A stretch of 51,304 bases of DNA from an uncultured Clostridiaceae bacterium (GTDB lineage Bacteria > Bacillota > Clostridia > TANB77 > CAG-508). The stretch lies in NCBI GenBank assembly GCA_947167695.1, contig CAMVIX010000004.1:1-51304 (forward strand), written 5' to 3'. Numbering within the stretch: position 1 is the first letter of the stretch; each line of letters opens with the position of its first letter. The position numbers and the translations under genes were made by a program. The notes beneath the pieces are model-generated. The model was not told the DNA's origin and did not search any database. It saw only the letters and a program-made list of their open reading frames with translations. Shown here piece after piece: positions 42,130 through 50,489 of the stretch.

Positions 42130-43347
42130 TTACCTTCTTCCTCTTCTTCTCAAGAAGCCCATAGATGTTGTCCTTTCAATTTTGAATATTGTTCTTACTA
42201 ATTGCTCTCCTCTTGAAAGTGATGCTATGAATATTATTGCAAGAATTGGTGCCTTCTCCATTATTCCATAAACTGAACCCATAAATATTACAAAAAGCAG
42301 AGCATGAAGTGGCTGAATGAACACGTTTACCAAAAACTCCTTAATCCAGGTTTTATATGCTTGTGCTTGGTTATCCCTTGCCTTATCTATTGAATATGTA
42401 ATAGTAATTAGTGGTGAAATAACAGTTAGGAAGCCTACTGCCAGCATCCTTTTTAAATACATAAAGAAGAATTTTACTTGGTAATACACAAGTACGCAGT
42501 ATACCAACACTAGTGATAATAGTTCTAGTCCAGATGACTTCTGTATTTTTTGTATCATTCCTTCATAGTTATTTCCATTTTTATCTATCTTTCCAAACAC
42601 TAATGTCTTTTCAAAATTTATTCCGTCAGATTGCTCTACCGCAGAATTTGAAGTTTTATTACTCATGCTATTTGCTGCAACATCTTTTACAATAGTTACT
42701 GCCTGCTTACTAATAGTAAATGCCACAGACATTATATATGGTAAAACCATAAGAAGCGCAAAGCTTGCCACCCAATGTATTAGCATTTGTTTATATTTTG
42801 CTCTTTCAGAAGCAATCGTGTTAACAGCCATTAATATTCCAATTGCAATTAGTATTGCAAGCAGAGCTACAATTGAAAAATTTCTAATTGCAAAAAACCA
42901 ATTAGCTACATTTTGTTTGATTATTTTGTTCGTATTACTTGGCACTTGTCCATCTAATCCCAGTCCAGTTATGTTGTCAATATCCAAATAATTTATATTA
43001 AATAAATCGAACTTGTCTAAAAGCATATCTTCAATTGTAAAAATTTGAATCTTAGTTGCATTATCTGGCATAATTGCAAGAGTTAATAATGCTTGTGTTA
43101 CAAGAGGAATTGGAGCTATAACAAATGATAATATGGTGTATATCACACTTGAACTGCTTTCTGAAATACCAGCATTACCTGTCTGTGTTTTCCTTGATCC
43201 GCCTGTAAACTCACTATACGATGTAGTTATATTTCCTTCTTGTAGCTGGTTGAACTGTTCCATATCTTTTGCCATTACATTATTGCATAGCAAAAAATTT
43301 AACATAACAGATATAATTAATACAATTGTAATGGCTTTTTTTGGCAT
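42130..43347 (-). CDS. VirB6/TrbL-like multi-TM protein, paralogue 1 (minimal core)
   Basis: VANWFFAIRNF...MYLKRML...SPLITITYSIDK...WIKEFLVNVFIQPLH; directly follows VirB4. Confidence 0.65.
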   Translation of the reverse strand: MPKKAITIVLIISVMLNFLLCNNVMAKDMEQFNQLQEGNITTSYSEFTGGSRKTQTGNAGISESSSSVIYTILSFVIAPIPLVTQALLTLAIMPDNATKIQIFTIEDMLLDKFDLFNINYLDIDNITGLGLDGQVPSNTNKIIKQNVANWFFAIRNFSIVALLAILIAIGILMAVNTIASERAKYKQMLIHWVASFALLMVLPYIMSVAFTISKQAVTIVKDVAANSMSNKTSNSAVEQSDGINFEKTLVFGKIDKNGNNYEGMIQKIQKSSGLELLSLVLVYCVLVYYQVKFFFMYLKRMLAVGFLTVISPLITITYSIDKARDNQAQAYKTWIKEFLVNVFIQPLHALLFVIFMGSVYGIMEKAPILAIIFIASLSRGEQLVRTIFKIERTTSMGFLRRRGRR

Positions 43348-43415
43348 ATGGTTCTCCTTTCTTGTTGGTTTAAATTTTTTTGCGGGCCGCTTTCGTCAGC
43401 GACCCCTTTCTTCCC

Positions 43416-45395
43416 TTATTTCTGGTTTGCTTCTTTTTCTTTTCTCATTTCTGCTAATTTGTTTTGGTTTGTTTCTACAAATTCAAATTCCTTTTTAGTT
43501 GGTCTAATTGCTATAATTGCTGTGTCTTCTCCTACTTTTAGTAGTCCTTCTCCACGGTTACATGTAGTTAAGAAATATGCTTCACCTTCACTTAATTTAA
43601 ATACTTCTTTTATATATTCTATTTCAGATTTATCTTGTGCTAAAAATAATTTTGTATCTGATGATGTAAGAACTGCTTGTACTTCTGGTTTTTCATAGAA
43701 ATCTTGGAATTTCTGTGACATAACTGCAAGTGAAACATTTCTTTTTCTCGCACGTCTTGCCATTGTGTTTAAAAAGTCTACAGCTTCTGGGTATGGAAGT
43801 AGCATCCAAGCCTCATCTATAAGCACACGTTTCTTTGCAGCTTTTTCTCTATCTTCACTATTTTTCTTAACATACTTTTCCCAAATCCATGAAAGTAGTA
43901 TTTGCTGTGCTAAAGGCCTTGCAAATCTTTCTTCTAGTTGTGATATATCAAGGTTTATAAATGGTACTCCATCTAATAGCTCAAATGTAGATTGTCCATC
44001 AAAATATGCCATTTGTCCGTCATATTCACGTACATATTGTCTCATAACTTTACTTAAATAACTGTAATGAAATCTATAGTCTGGGTTATCATTGCTTTGT
44101 GCATTGTTCATAAGTCTTCTGTACCATGAACCAATAGTTGGCATTTCTTTTTTCTTTCTTCCTAAAAACTCATTGCTTTTATAACTGCTTTCCGCATATA
44201 AGCTTTCTACATTGTTTGTTATTCCTATTGCAGCATATTCTTGTGCAACAGATTCTGCAATAATTTGTTTTGTAAGCTCATTTACTTCTGTGCTTCTTGT
44301 ACTACCTCTTGCCATTGTAAGAAGTGCTTGAGTAACGTCTTCTACTTTGTTTTCAACATTTAAAACTGTTCTTTCTCTACTTGTAATTTCATCTCTTACA
44401 ACTTCTGGCTCTATATCAAAAAGATTTATAACAGTATTTGAGTTAGGACTAATTACTACATTTACTCCACCTAAGGCATCCGCTACAACTCCATACTCTC
44501 CTTCAGCATCTAGTGCTAAACTTTCAATTCCCATAAGTACACTTGAACGTGATGTTAAGGTTTTGATTGTAACACCTTTACCTGCACCAGACTTACCAAA
44601 TATAACCATATTATAATTTGCAAGTGTTGGGCTGAAGTTATCAAATAATATTGGAAGCCCTGTTTGCCTGTTAAATCCAAGTGGAATCCCTTTCTCATGT
44701 CCTACCTCTGATGTAAAGAATGGGAATACTGTTCCCATTGAACGTCTATCAAATGTATGCTCTTTATTTAATTTGTTTTCATTAAATGGCATATTAGATT
44801 TAAAAGCTTCTTCTTGTATTGCCCATGCAGATTTCATACCAATTAATGTTTTAGACATTTCTGAGGATAGCATTTCTGTGTATTTATCTAGGTCCTCCAT
44901 ACTGTATGCAAATAAAGTACAAATTATAGTTGATGCAAATAGTTTGTTAAACCCTGCTGCAATTTCATCACGTAATTCTTCTGCTTCTGCCCTTTTTTGT
45001 GCTACTATTCTTTCACGGTTTATATCTCCCCTATCAAATGCAACTAATCTTTCAGATTCAAGCTCGTTTATTGTTCTATTTAGCTCTGTTTGAGAAGTGC
45101 TTTCACTTATTGGATTTATAAATACTGATATGTTTGCATCTCCAAATGTATACATTCCTCTTAAAAACTCTGGGAAGGTACACATTCTTGGTATAGTTGC
45201 AACTATCATGTTTCTAACATACCTCGTTTTTGTAGATATGATTTCCATATGGTTTGTGTGGCTAACATCAATACCAGCAGGAGCAATTAAGTCTTTTAAG
45301 TTCTTGGCATTTTTCTTTAGTATCTCTTCTGGTCCATTTGCATTTGCCACAATTTCTACTTTGTTTTCATTTTTTCTTTTATCCTTTTTCTTCAT
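43416..45395 (-). CDS. virB4: VirB4/TraE-like type IV secretion ATPase
   Basis: NYNMVIFGKSGAGKG Walker A, LDAEGEY, VINLFD, VLIDEAW Walker B, RRARKRN, SQ motif, GEGLL. Confidence 0.88.
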   Translation of the reverse strand: MKKKDKRKNENKVEIVANANGPEEILKKNAKNLKDLIAPAGIDVSHTNHMEIISTKTRYVRNMIVATIPRMCTFPEFLRGMYTFGDANISVFINPISESTSQTELNRTINELESERLVAFDRGDINRERIVAQKRAEAEELRDEIAAGFNKLFASTIICTLFAYSMEDLDKYTEMLSSEMSKTLIGMKSAWAIQEEAFKSNMPFNENKLNKEHTFDRRSMGTVFPFFTSEVGHEKGIPLGFNRQTGLPILFDNFSPTLANYNMVIFGKSGAGKGVTIKTLTSRSSVLMGIESLALDAEGEYGVVADALGGVNVVISPNSNTVINLFDIEPEVVRDEITSRERTVLNVENKVEDVTQALLTMARGSTRSTEVNELTKQIIAESVAQEYAAIGITNNVESLYAESSYKSNEFLGRKKKEMPTIGSWYRRLMNNAQSNDNPDYRFHYSYLSKVMRQYVREYDGQMAYFDGQSTFELLDGVPFINLDISQLEERFARPLAQQILLSWIWEKYVKKNSEDREKAAKKRVLIDEAWMLLPYPEAVDFLNTMARRARKRNVSLAVMSQKFQDFYEKPEVQAVLTSSDTKLFLAQDKSEIEYIKEVFKLSEGEAYFLTTCNRGEGLLKVGEDTAIIAIRPTKKEFEFVETNQNKLAEMRKEKEANQK

Positions 45396-45410
45396 CTCTT
45401 CAATCCTCCT

Positions 45411-46556
45411 TTACTCTTTTGTACTTTTTCTTCTGGCTGTTTTTTTCGTTCTATTTTTTATCTCTTGTTTTGCTTCTTCAAAAATTTGAGGATCTATACT
45501 GTCTTTGTATTCTTCTAACAGCTCAAGTGATTTTTCTTGTAGCATCTTCATTTTTTCTTCTTCTGTTACATTACTATTTCTTCTATCTGCTTCTAACAAG
45601 CTGTCTGTTACTATATCTACTGCTTTTTCTTCTATTTCCTTATCTAGCATTTCTTTCTTCTTTTCAAGTACGTCTTTTGATGTACTATATAGACTATCAT
45701 ATTGTGCATCTAATGCCTTTGATAGTTGAAGTGTTTCAGATGCGTCACGATTATATGCTACATACAAAAGCTCTGCTAATTCTTCTGAATCTAATATTTT
45801 TCCTCCAACTTCTGATGATGCTAAAAGCCTTATAATAGATTGGCATCTTGTATATAATTCAGAGAAGCAAATATTACTTATCTCCTCTTTTCCATATGTA
45901 CTTGTTGCTCCATATTCAGCAGCATAATATGAAACTACTATATATGTTCTTTGTTGTAAGACATTCTTGTTAGAGCTTAATCTAGCAACATAGTCCGTTA
46001 TATCCATTCCGTACTCTACAACATTTGCTTTTCTTCTTCTTTCAAACTCAAGTGTTTGGGCTGCCTTTTCATCGCCTTTGTCTCTAGCTTCTTTTATTTT
46101 TATATCAATGGCATCAATTTGCCTTCTAAATCCATCTACTTTTCTCTTGTATTCTTCAACAATGTCTCTTAAGTTTAGACTTCTTGTTTGAATATATAGT
46201 TGAATAGGAAATCTAAGAGTATTTAATAGTTGTATAAATCCTTCTTCTACCGCTATTTTTTCTTGTTCTGAAAGCAAGTCATAGTTAACGCCTTGGCATC
46301 CTATTACCATTACGTATTGCTGACCATTTTTTCTTACAATCATACTGTCTTTGATTTCATCAAATTCCATAAAACTGTATATAGATTCTTTTGGAAGTCC
46401 ATTATATGTATTGTTTGCTTCTTCTTTCGGCTTAGTATCCTCTTCTTCTTTTTTCCTTTTGCTACGGAGTGACATTATTAAGTACACTCCTGCAAGCATA
46501 AGTGTAAGTACAATAAGAATTAGCAAAATCATTGTTAGCATATTAATTAGTTCCAT
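45411..46556 (-). CDS. T4SS-associated protein resembling a detached VirB4 N-terminal module, with N-terminal TM
   Basis: ATG 46556 after AAGGAGGAG; EIKDSMIV...GVNYDLLSEQEK...FIQLLNTLRFPIQLYIQTR; lies between PrgI-like and VirB4. Confidence 0.6.
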   Translation of the reverse strand: MELINMLTMILLILIVLTLMLAGVYLIMSLRSKRKKEEEDTKPKEEANNTYNGLPKESIYSFMEFDEIKDSMIVRKNGQQYVMVIGCQGVNYDLLSEQEKIAVEEGFIQLLNTLRFPIQLYIQTRSLNLRDIVEEYKRKVDGFRRQIDAIDIKIKEARDKGDEKAAQTLEFERRRKANVVEYGMDITDYVARLSSNKNVLQQRTYIVVSYYAAEYGATSTYGKEEISNICFSELYTRCQSIIRLLASSEVGGKILDSEELAELLYVAYNRDASETLQLSKALDAQYDSLYSTSKDVLEKKKEMLDKEIEEKAVDIVTDSLLEADRRNSNVTEEEKMKMLQEKSLELLEEYKDSIDPQIFEEAKQEIKNRTKKTARRKSTKE

Positions 46557-46896
46557 CTTTTTTCTCCTCCTTTGTATATACATATATTTTTCTTGTTTTC
46601 TTAAACTTCATATAGCGAAGTATTATCTGGTCTATAGACTCTCCTCCAATTTTTTTAGTAACTGGCAGTCCTGCAATTGTAGGAATTTTTACAGCTCCAA
46701 CTACAAATCCAATCACTCCAAAAACTCCTACCATAATCCAGCCTAAAGTTTGAAGGCCAGCTATCATAGCAAAAATAATATAGAAAAGAAATCCTACAGC
46801 TCCTCCAATTAAAGTTGTAATAAGTGATTTTACTGAGAATATATAAAGTATTCTCGACTCTCCTTTTACATTACGTGGTATGTAATAAGTACCCAT
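46543..46896 (-). CDS. PrgI/VirB3-like small membrane protein
   Basis: YYIPRNVKGESRILYIFS, two TMs, basic tail RKIYVY; upstream of VirB4. Confidence 0.7.
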   Translation of the reverse strand: MGTYYIPRNVKGESRILYIFSVKSLITTLIGGAVGFLFYIIFAMIAGLQTLGWIMVGVFGVIGFVVGAVKIPTIAGLPVTKKIGGESIDQIILRYMKFKKTRKIYVYTKEEKKDGTN

Positions 46897-46925
46897 ATGC
46901 TCCTCCTTCGTTTTATTTGTTTTTT

Positions 46926-47397
46926 TTATTTATCCATTTGTACTTGAGATTTAGCTCCCTGTGCAGTGCCACTCCCGTCCTGTGCCACCTCCAGAAGAAA
47001 CTCCTCCGTTTGTTATACCATCAAAGAAATTGATAGCTAATGTCCAAATTCCATAGGCTCCAATAATTACTACGCCTGCTATAACAAGACCCACCATTTT
47101 TGTTTTTAGTTTAGCTGCTTCATCAGGTGTTGCCACCATGTATTTAATGCCCATAATGAGCAAACCTGCTAGCACTATAACTACTCCAATTGTTGTAAGT
47201 ATGTTCGCTAGCCCGCTAACTAATGGATTCATATCTTCAGTTGAAATCAAAGATTCTCCAGAATTGCCTCTGCTTTCAAATCCTTCCACTTGAGATTTTA
47301 TTGTGCCGAAGTCTAGTGATGATGTTGCATAGCTTGGTATTGTAAATAGAATTAGGAAAATAGCAAAGATTGCTATTGTTCTAGTTAAATATTTCAT
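46926..47397 (-). CDS. VirB2/TrbC-like pilin 6 (156 aa if shifted at CGG 46977; otherwise ends at 46951)
   Basis: ATG 47397 after GAGGTG; signal peptide; GIKYMVATPDEAAKLK...LVIAGVVIIGA two-TM core; GGA C GGG gives GG-GSGTAQGAKSQVQMDK*. Confidence 0.7.
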
Positions 47398-47505
47398 ATA
47401 ACTCACCTCAATTTCTACCATCAAAAAAATTCTTTGAAATATGTTTCAATTACCCTTTAGATTTGCTTTTTTTATTGCCTTATGAATACAATTATACTTA
47501 ATACT

Positions 47506-47534
47506 ATTATACTGTTTTTTAGGCTTTTTTTCAA
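47506..47534 (-). promoter_or_regulatory. SigA-type promoter of the T4SS-like core operon
   Basis: TTGAAA-17 bp-TATAAT. Confidence 0.7.
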
Positions 47535-47658
47535 CATATTTTTGCTATTTTTTTGGTTTGAAATGAAATTGTAACATAATTGTAATATTTTATTTTTTAT
47601 TTTACATTTTTCTCCTTTTTTCTGTGCTTTATTTCCGTAGATTTCTTTTTATTTTTAT

Positions 47659-47704
47659 AAAAAAAAAGAAGACAAAAAGAAATTTAAAAATTTCTTTTTG
47701 TCTT
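47659..47704 (-). terminator. Intrinsic terminator after the five-pilin array
   Basis: AAGACAAAAAGAAATTT/AAATTTCTTTTTGTCTT stem followed by a U-run on the minus strand. Confidence 0.65.
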
Positions 47705-47718
47705 TAAAATGTAATATT

Positions 47719-47976
47719 TCAAAACATTTTAGCTATATTTCCTATTAATTGTATTATACCTGTTGCCCCATAGAAAATTACTACTCCTATAACAAAAGGA
47801 ATTAATTTTTTCTTTATGTCCGCTTTTTCTTCAACACTCGCCATTACATATCTTATTCCTAAATATATACTAGCTCCCACAGCTACAGCTGTTCCTACAA
47901 TTTGAATAACACCTATAATGCCACCTAACATATTTAGTAAATTCCCATCTAATTGTGGTTTATCTATTCCACTCAT
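47719..47976 (-). CDS. VirB2/TrbC-like pilin 5 (no obvious signal peptide)
   Basis: IIGVIQIVG...GIRYVMASVEEKADIKKKLIPFVIGVVIFYGA. Confidence 0.75.
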   Translation of the reverse strand: MSGIDKPQLDGNLLNMLGGIIGVIQIVGTAVAVGASIYLGIRYVMASVEEKADIKKKLIPFVIGVVIFYGATGIIQLIGNIAKMF

Positions 47977-48001
47977 ATATGCTCAACTCCCCTCTTAGGT
48001 A

Positions 48002-48352
48002 CTAGAATGCATTTTCAGCAAATCCTTTAATAATTTGAACTATGGCAACTGAGCCAAAAATGAATATTGCACCAATTGCATATGGAACTAAATGTTTTTT
48101 TACTTCGGCTCTATCGTTTGGAGCTGATGACATGTATTTAATTGCTACAACTACTAACATTACAACAGCTACTGAAACACCTATCACCTGCATAATTGCA
48201 ATTGCATTCCCTCTAATAGAATCTATTTTCCCGTCTATATCTGTTCTTGTATTTAGATTGTCTAGTGGTGAAAGATCCACTGCATATGTAACAGATGTGC
48301 CAATAAGTAAAAATAGTATAAATAATAAAGTTATTATTTTAGTTTTTTTCAT
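48002..48352 (-). CDS. VirB2/TrbC-like pilin 4
   Basis: Signal peptide; QVIGVSVAV...IKYMSSAPNDRAEVKKH...IGAIFIFG. Confidence 0.78.
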   Translation of the reverse strand: MKKTKIITLLFILFLLIGTSVTYAVDLSPLDNLNTRTDIDGKIDSIRGNAIAIMQVIGVSVAVVMLVVVAIKYMSSAPNDRAEVKKHLVPYAIGAIFIFGSVAIVQIIKGFAENAF

Positions 48353-48436
48353 AGTTACATCATCTCCAATTTTTGATAATCCATCTATAATGACCCTGTA
48401 GATAGTTTTTTTATTTCTTTAATATTCTCTTTTGCT

Positions 48437-48901
48437 CTAATCATCAAGTGGAAGTGGTATTGTAGGTATTGGTGTTTCTTGTATTGTTGTTTGTGTTTGA
48501 GCTGTTCCAGCTCCTCCTGTACTACCTGTTCCACTGCCATCACCAATGCTCTCTGCAAAGCCTCTTATAATTCCAAGTATTCCACTTGCAGCAAATAATA
48601 CAATTGCACCTACTATATATACAACTGCATGTTTTTTAATTTCGGCTCTATCATTTGGAGCTGATGACATATATTTTATCGCCAAAACAATTAGCATAAT
48701 TATAGCTACAGCCACACCTATTACTTGAACCACAGCTAAAATTTGCCCCGCAATGTTTCTTGTAGGTTCAATTAAAGCACTATCTTGTGGATTTGGTGGT
48801 GTTAAGAAGTCGCTCTGTGCAATGCAAACAGTATTTATGCTTAGAATAACAATTACACTTAAAAAAGAAATGCAAATTTTGCAAATTTTACTCAAATCCA
48901 T
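48437..48901 (-). CDS. VirB2/TrbC-like pilin 3 with G/T/P-rich C-terminal extension
   Basis: GQILAVVQVIG...IKYMSSAPNDRAEIKKHAVVYIVGAIVLFAASG. Confidence 0.78.
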   Translation of the reverse strand: MDLSKICKICISFLSVIVILSINTVCIAQSDFLTPPNPQDSALIEPTRNIAGQILAVVQVIGVAVAIIMLIVLAIKYMSSAPNDRAEIKKHAVVYIVGAIVLFAASGILGIIRGFAESIGDGSGTGSTGGAGTAQTQTTIQETPIPTIPLPLDD

Positions 48902-48914
48902 TGTTTACCCTCCT

Positions 48915-49280
48915 TTATTTAATTTGCTCTGCAAAACCTCTTATAATTCCAAGAATTCCGCTTGCTGCAAATAATACTACTGCACCTACTATATATACAG
49001 TAGCATGTTTTTTAATTTCTGCTTTGTCGTTTGGAGCTGCTGATATATACTTAATTGCAAGGACAATAAGCATTATTATAGCCACTGATACACCTATTAC
49101 TTGTACCACAGCTAAAATTTGCCCTGCTATTGTTTGGGCTTTTCCTGCTACTCCACTAGGGTCGGAAGGTGTAATTGTGCTTGGGTCTAAATAGTCTGCA
49201 AATACTGGTGTAACAAACAAACTTAACATTAATATTATTAATAGAATACTTGAACAAATTTTTAAAAATTTATTATTCAT
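48915..49280 (-). CDS. VirB2/TrbC-like pilin 2
   Basis: ATG 49280 after GAGGAGG; signal peptide ending VFA; IKYISAAPNDKAEIKKH core. Confidence 0.78.
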   Translation of the reverse strand: MNNKFLKICSSILLIILMLSLFVTPVFADYLDPSTITPSDPSGVAGKAQTIAGQILAVVQVIGVSVAIIMLIVLAIKYISAAPNDKAEIKKHATVYIVGAVVLFAASGILGIIRGFAEQIK

Positions 49281-49309
49281 AATGTTGTCTCCTCCTCTCT
49301 CGTTTTTAA

Positions 49310-49347
49310 ATAAGACTGCATAAAACATTAATTCTATGCAGTCTTAT
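49310..49347. terminator. Hairpin between pilin 1 and pilin 2 (terminator or mRNA stabiliser)
   Basis: TAAGACTGCATA...TATGCAGTCTTA inverted repeat. Confidence 0.5.
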
Positions 49348-49364
49348 CTTATAAAATTTTAATC

Positions 49365-49772
49365 TTAAGCTTTAGTAATTAGACTACTTGTTGTTACAGA
49401 TTCATTAATTTGTCCAGCAAAGCCTCTGATTAATCCTATAATTCCGCTTGCTGCAAATAATACTACCGCACCTACTACATACACAACAGCATGTTTTTTG
49501 ATTTCTGCTTTGTCGTTTGGAGCTGCTGATATGTATTTAATAGCTAAAACAATTAGCATAATTACTGCAACTGCTACACCTATTACTTGAACAACACCTA
49601 AGATTTGTCCTGTAATGCTTTCAGCAACTTCTGCTGTTTTTCCATGCTCACTATTAATTGTAACTTGGTCATAGTTTAAATCTATAGATGCAAATACTGG
49701 TGTTACAGCTATTGCTAATACTATAAGTGCCATAGCTATAATAGCAAGTGTTTTTGTTAATTTTTTTGACAT
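49365..49772 (-). CDS. VirB2/TrbC-like pilin 1 (probable major subunit)
   Basis: AAGGAGG RBS; signal peptide ending VFA; GQILGVVQVIG...IKYISAAPNDKAEIKKH...GAVVLFAASG. Confidence 0.78.
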   Translation of the reverse strand: MSKKLTKTLAIIAMALIVLAIAVTPVFASIDLNYDQVTINSEHGKTAEVAESITGQILGVVQVIGVAVAVIMLIVLAIKYISAAPNDKAEIKKHAVVYVVGAVVLFAASGIIGLIRGFAGQINESVTTSSLITKA

Positions 49773-49828
49773 AATAATTCCTCCTTTTATTTTTTAATTT
49801 AATATGTCCTTTTTATATATATACATTA

Positions 49829-49857
49829 AGTGTAGCACATTTTACGAAAAAATGCAA
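49829..49857 (-). promoter_or_regulatory. SigA-type promoter of the pilin array
   Basis: TTGCAT-17 bp-TACACT with TG extension. Confidence 0.55.
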
Positions 49858-49894
49858 CTTTTTTTAAAAAAAGCTGTATTTTTGAGGCAAATAA

Positions 49895-50027
49895 GTGAGC
49901 CAAGGTGACACACCTTCTTCGAAGGAATGTCCCCAGTTGGCTCACACTTTTAAAAAATGCGATTTTTCCTATGTAATGACAACGGCGAGCCAAAAGGGGC
50001 AGGTTTATAAACCTGTCCCCTTTGGTT
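49895..50027. repeat. Composite REP-like pair
   Basis: GTGAGCCAAGG...CCCCAGTTGGCTCAC (49895-49945), conserved spacer, then GAGCCAAAAGGGGCAGGTTTATAAACCTGTCCCCTTTGG. Confidence 0.8.
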
Positions 50028-50039
50028 TAAGCATATTTT

Positions 50040-50213
50040 TTAAGTAATGCTTAAGACTTTATCCTTCTTTTGTTTCTTACTAGTTTCCTTGTAATACTTA
50101 GCTATGAGCCTGTCTAAGTCTGTACTTAGCTTATAAATTGCTTCATAATCTTTTTCTTCTTCTATTGCTTTGTTTAGTTCGTCTCTTAATTTGCATATTT
50201 CGTCATTTATCAT
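50040..50213 (-). CDS. Spo0E-like aspartyl-phosphate phosphatase family protein
   Basis: EICKLRDELN...LSTDLDRLIAKY matches the SQELD-type motif; AAGGAG RBS. Confidence 0.75.
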   Translation of the reverse strand: MINDEICKLRDELNKAIEEEKDYEAIYKLSTDLDRLIAKYYKETSKKQKKDKVLSIT

Positions 50214-50436
50214 ATATGCCACTCTCCTTTTCTACTATTTTCTCATTTGTTTCAAACCTTATATACAAAATACCATAGTTTTATCGCTTAGTCAATAAAA
50301 AATGTGCATTTTTAGCAATTTTCGTATGTCAGTTTTCCACATTTTATGCTGGTTTTATAAGGTTTTCTTGTAATCTTTTTCTTTTTTCGTCTGTAAATTA
50401 CAAATTATGACAAATTAACATAGCTCTTAGTTTCAT

Positions 50437-50460
50437 GTAGGGTCGACTAGTAGTCGCCCG
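50437..50460 (+). repeat. GTAG-type REP-like palindrome
   Basis: GTAGGGTCGACTAGTAGTCGCCCG: GTAG tetranucleotide followed by an imperfect hairpin; single copy in the window. Confidence 0.45.
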
Positions 50461-50489
50461 CACAACAAAGCACATACATCACTTCGAAT

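Noticed and set aside
24660-49772. Integrative conjugative element or prophage
   Set aside because: No integrase, relaxase, coupling protein, att repeats or phage genes; the tRNA-Cys duplication encloses only ~100 bp and does not bracket this locus.
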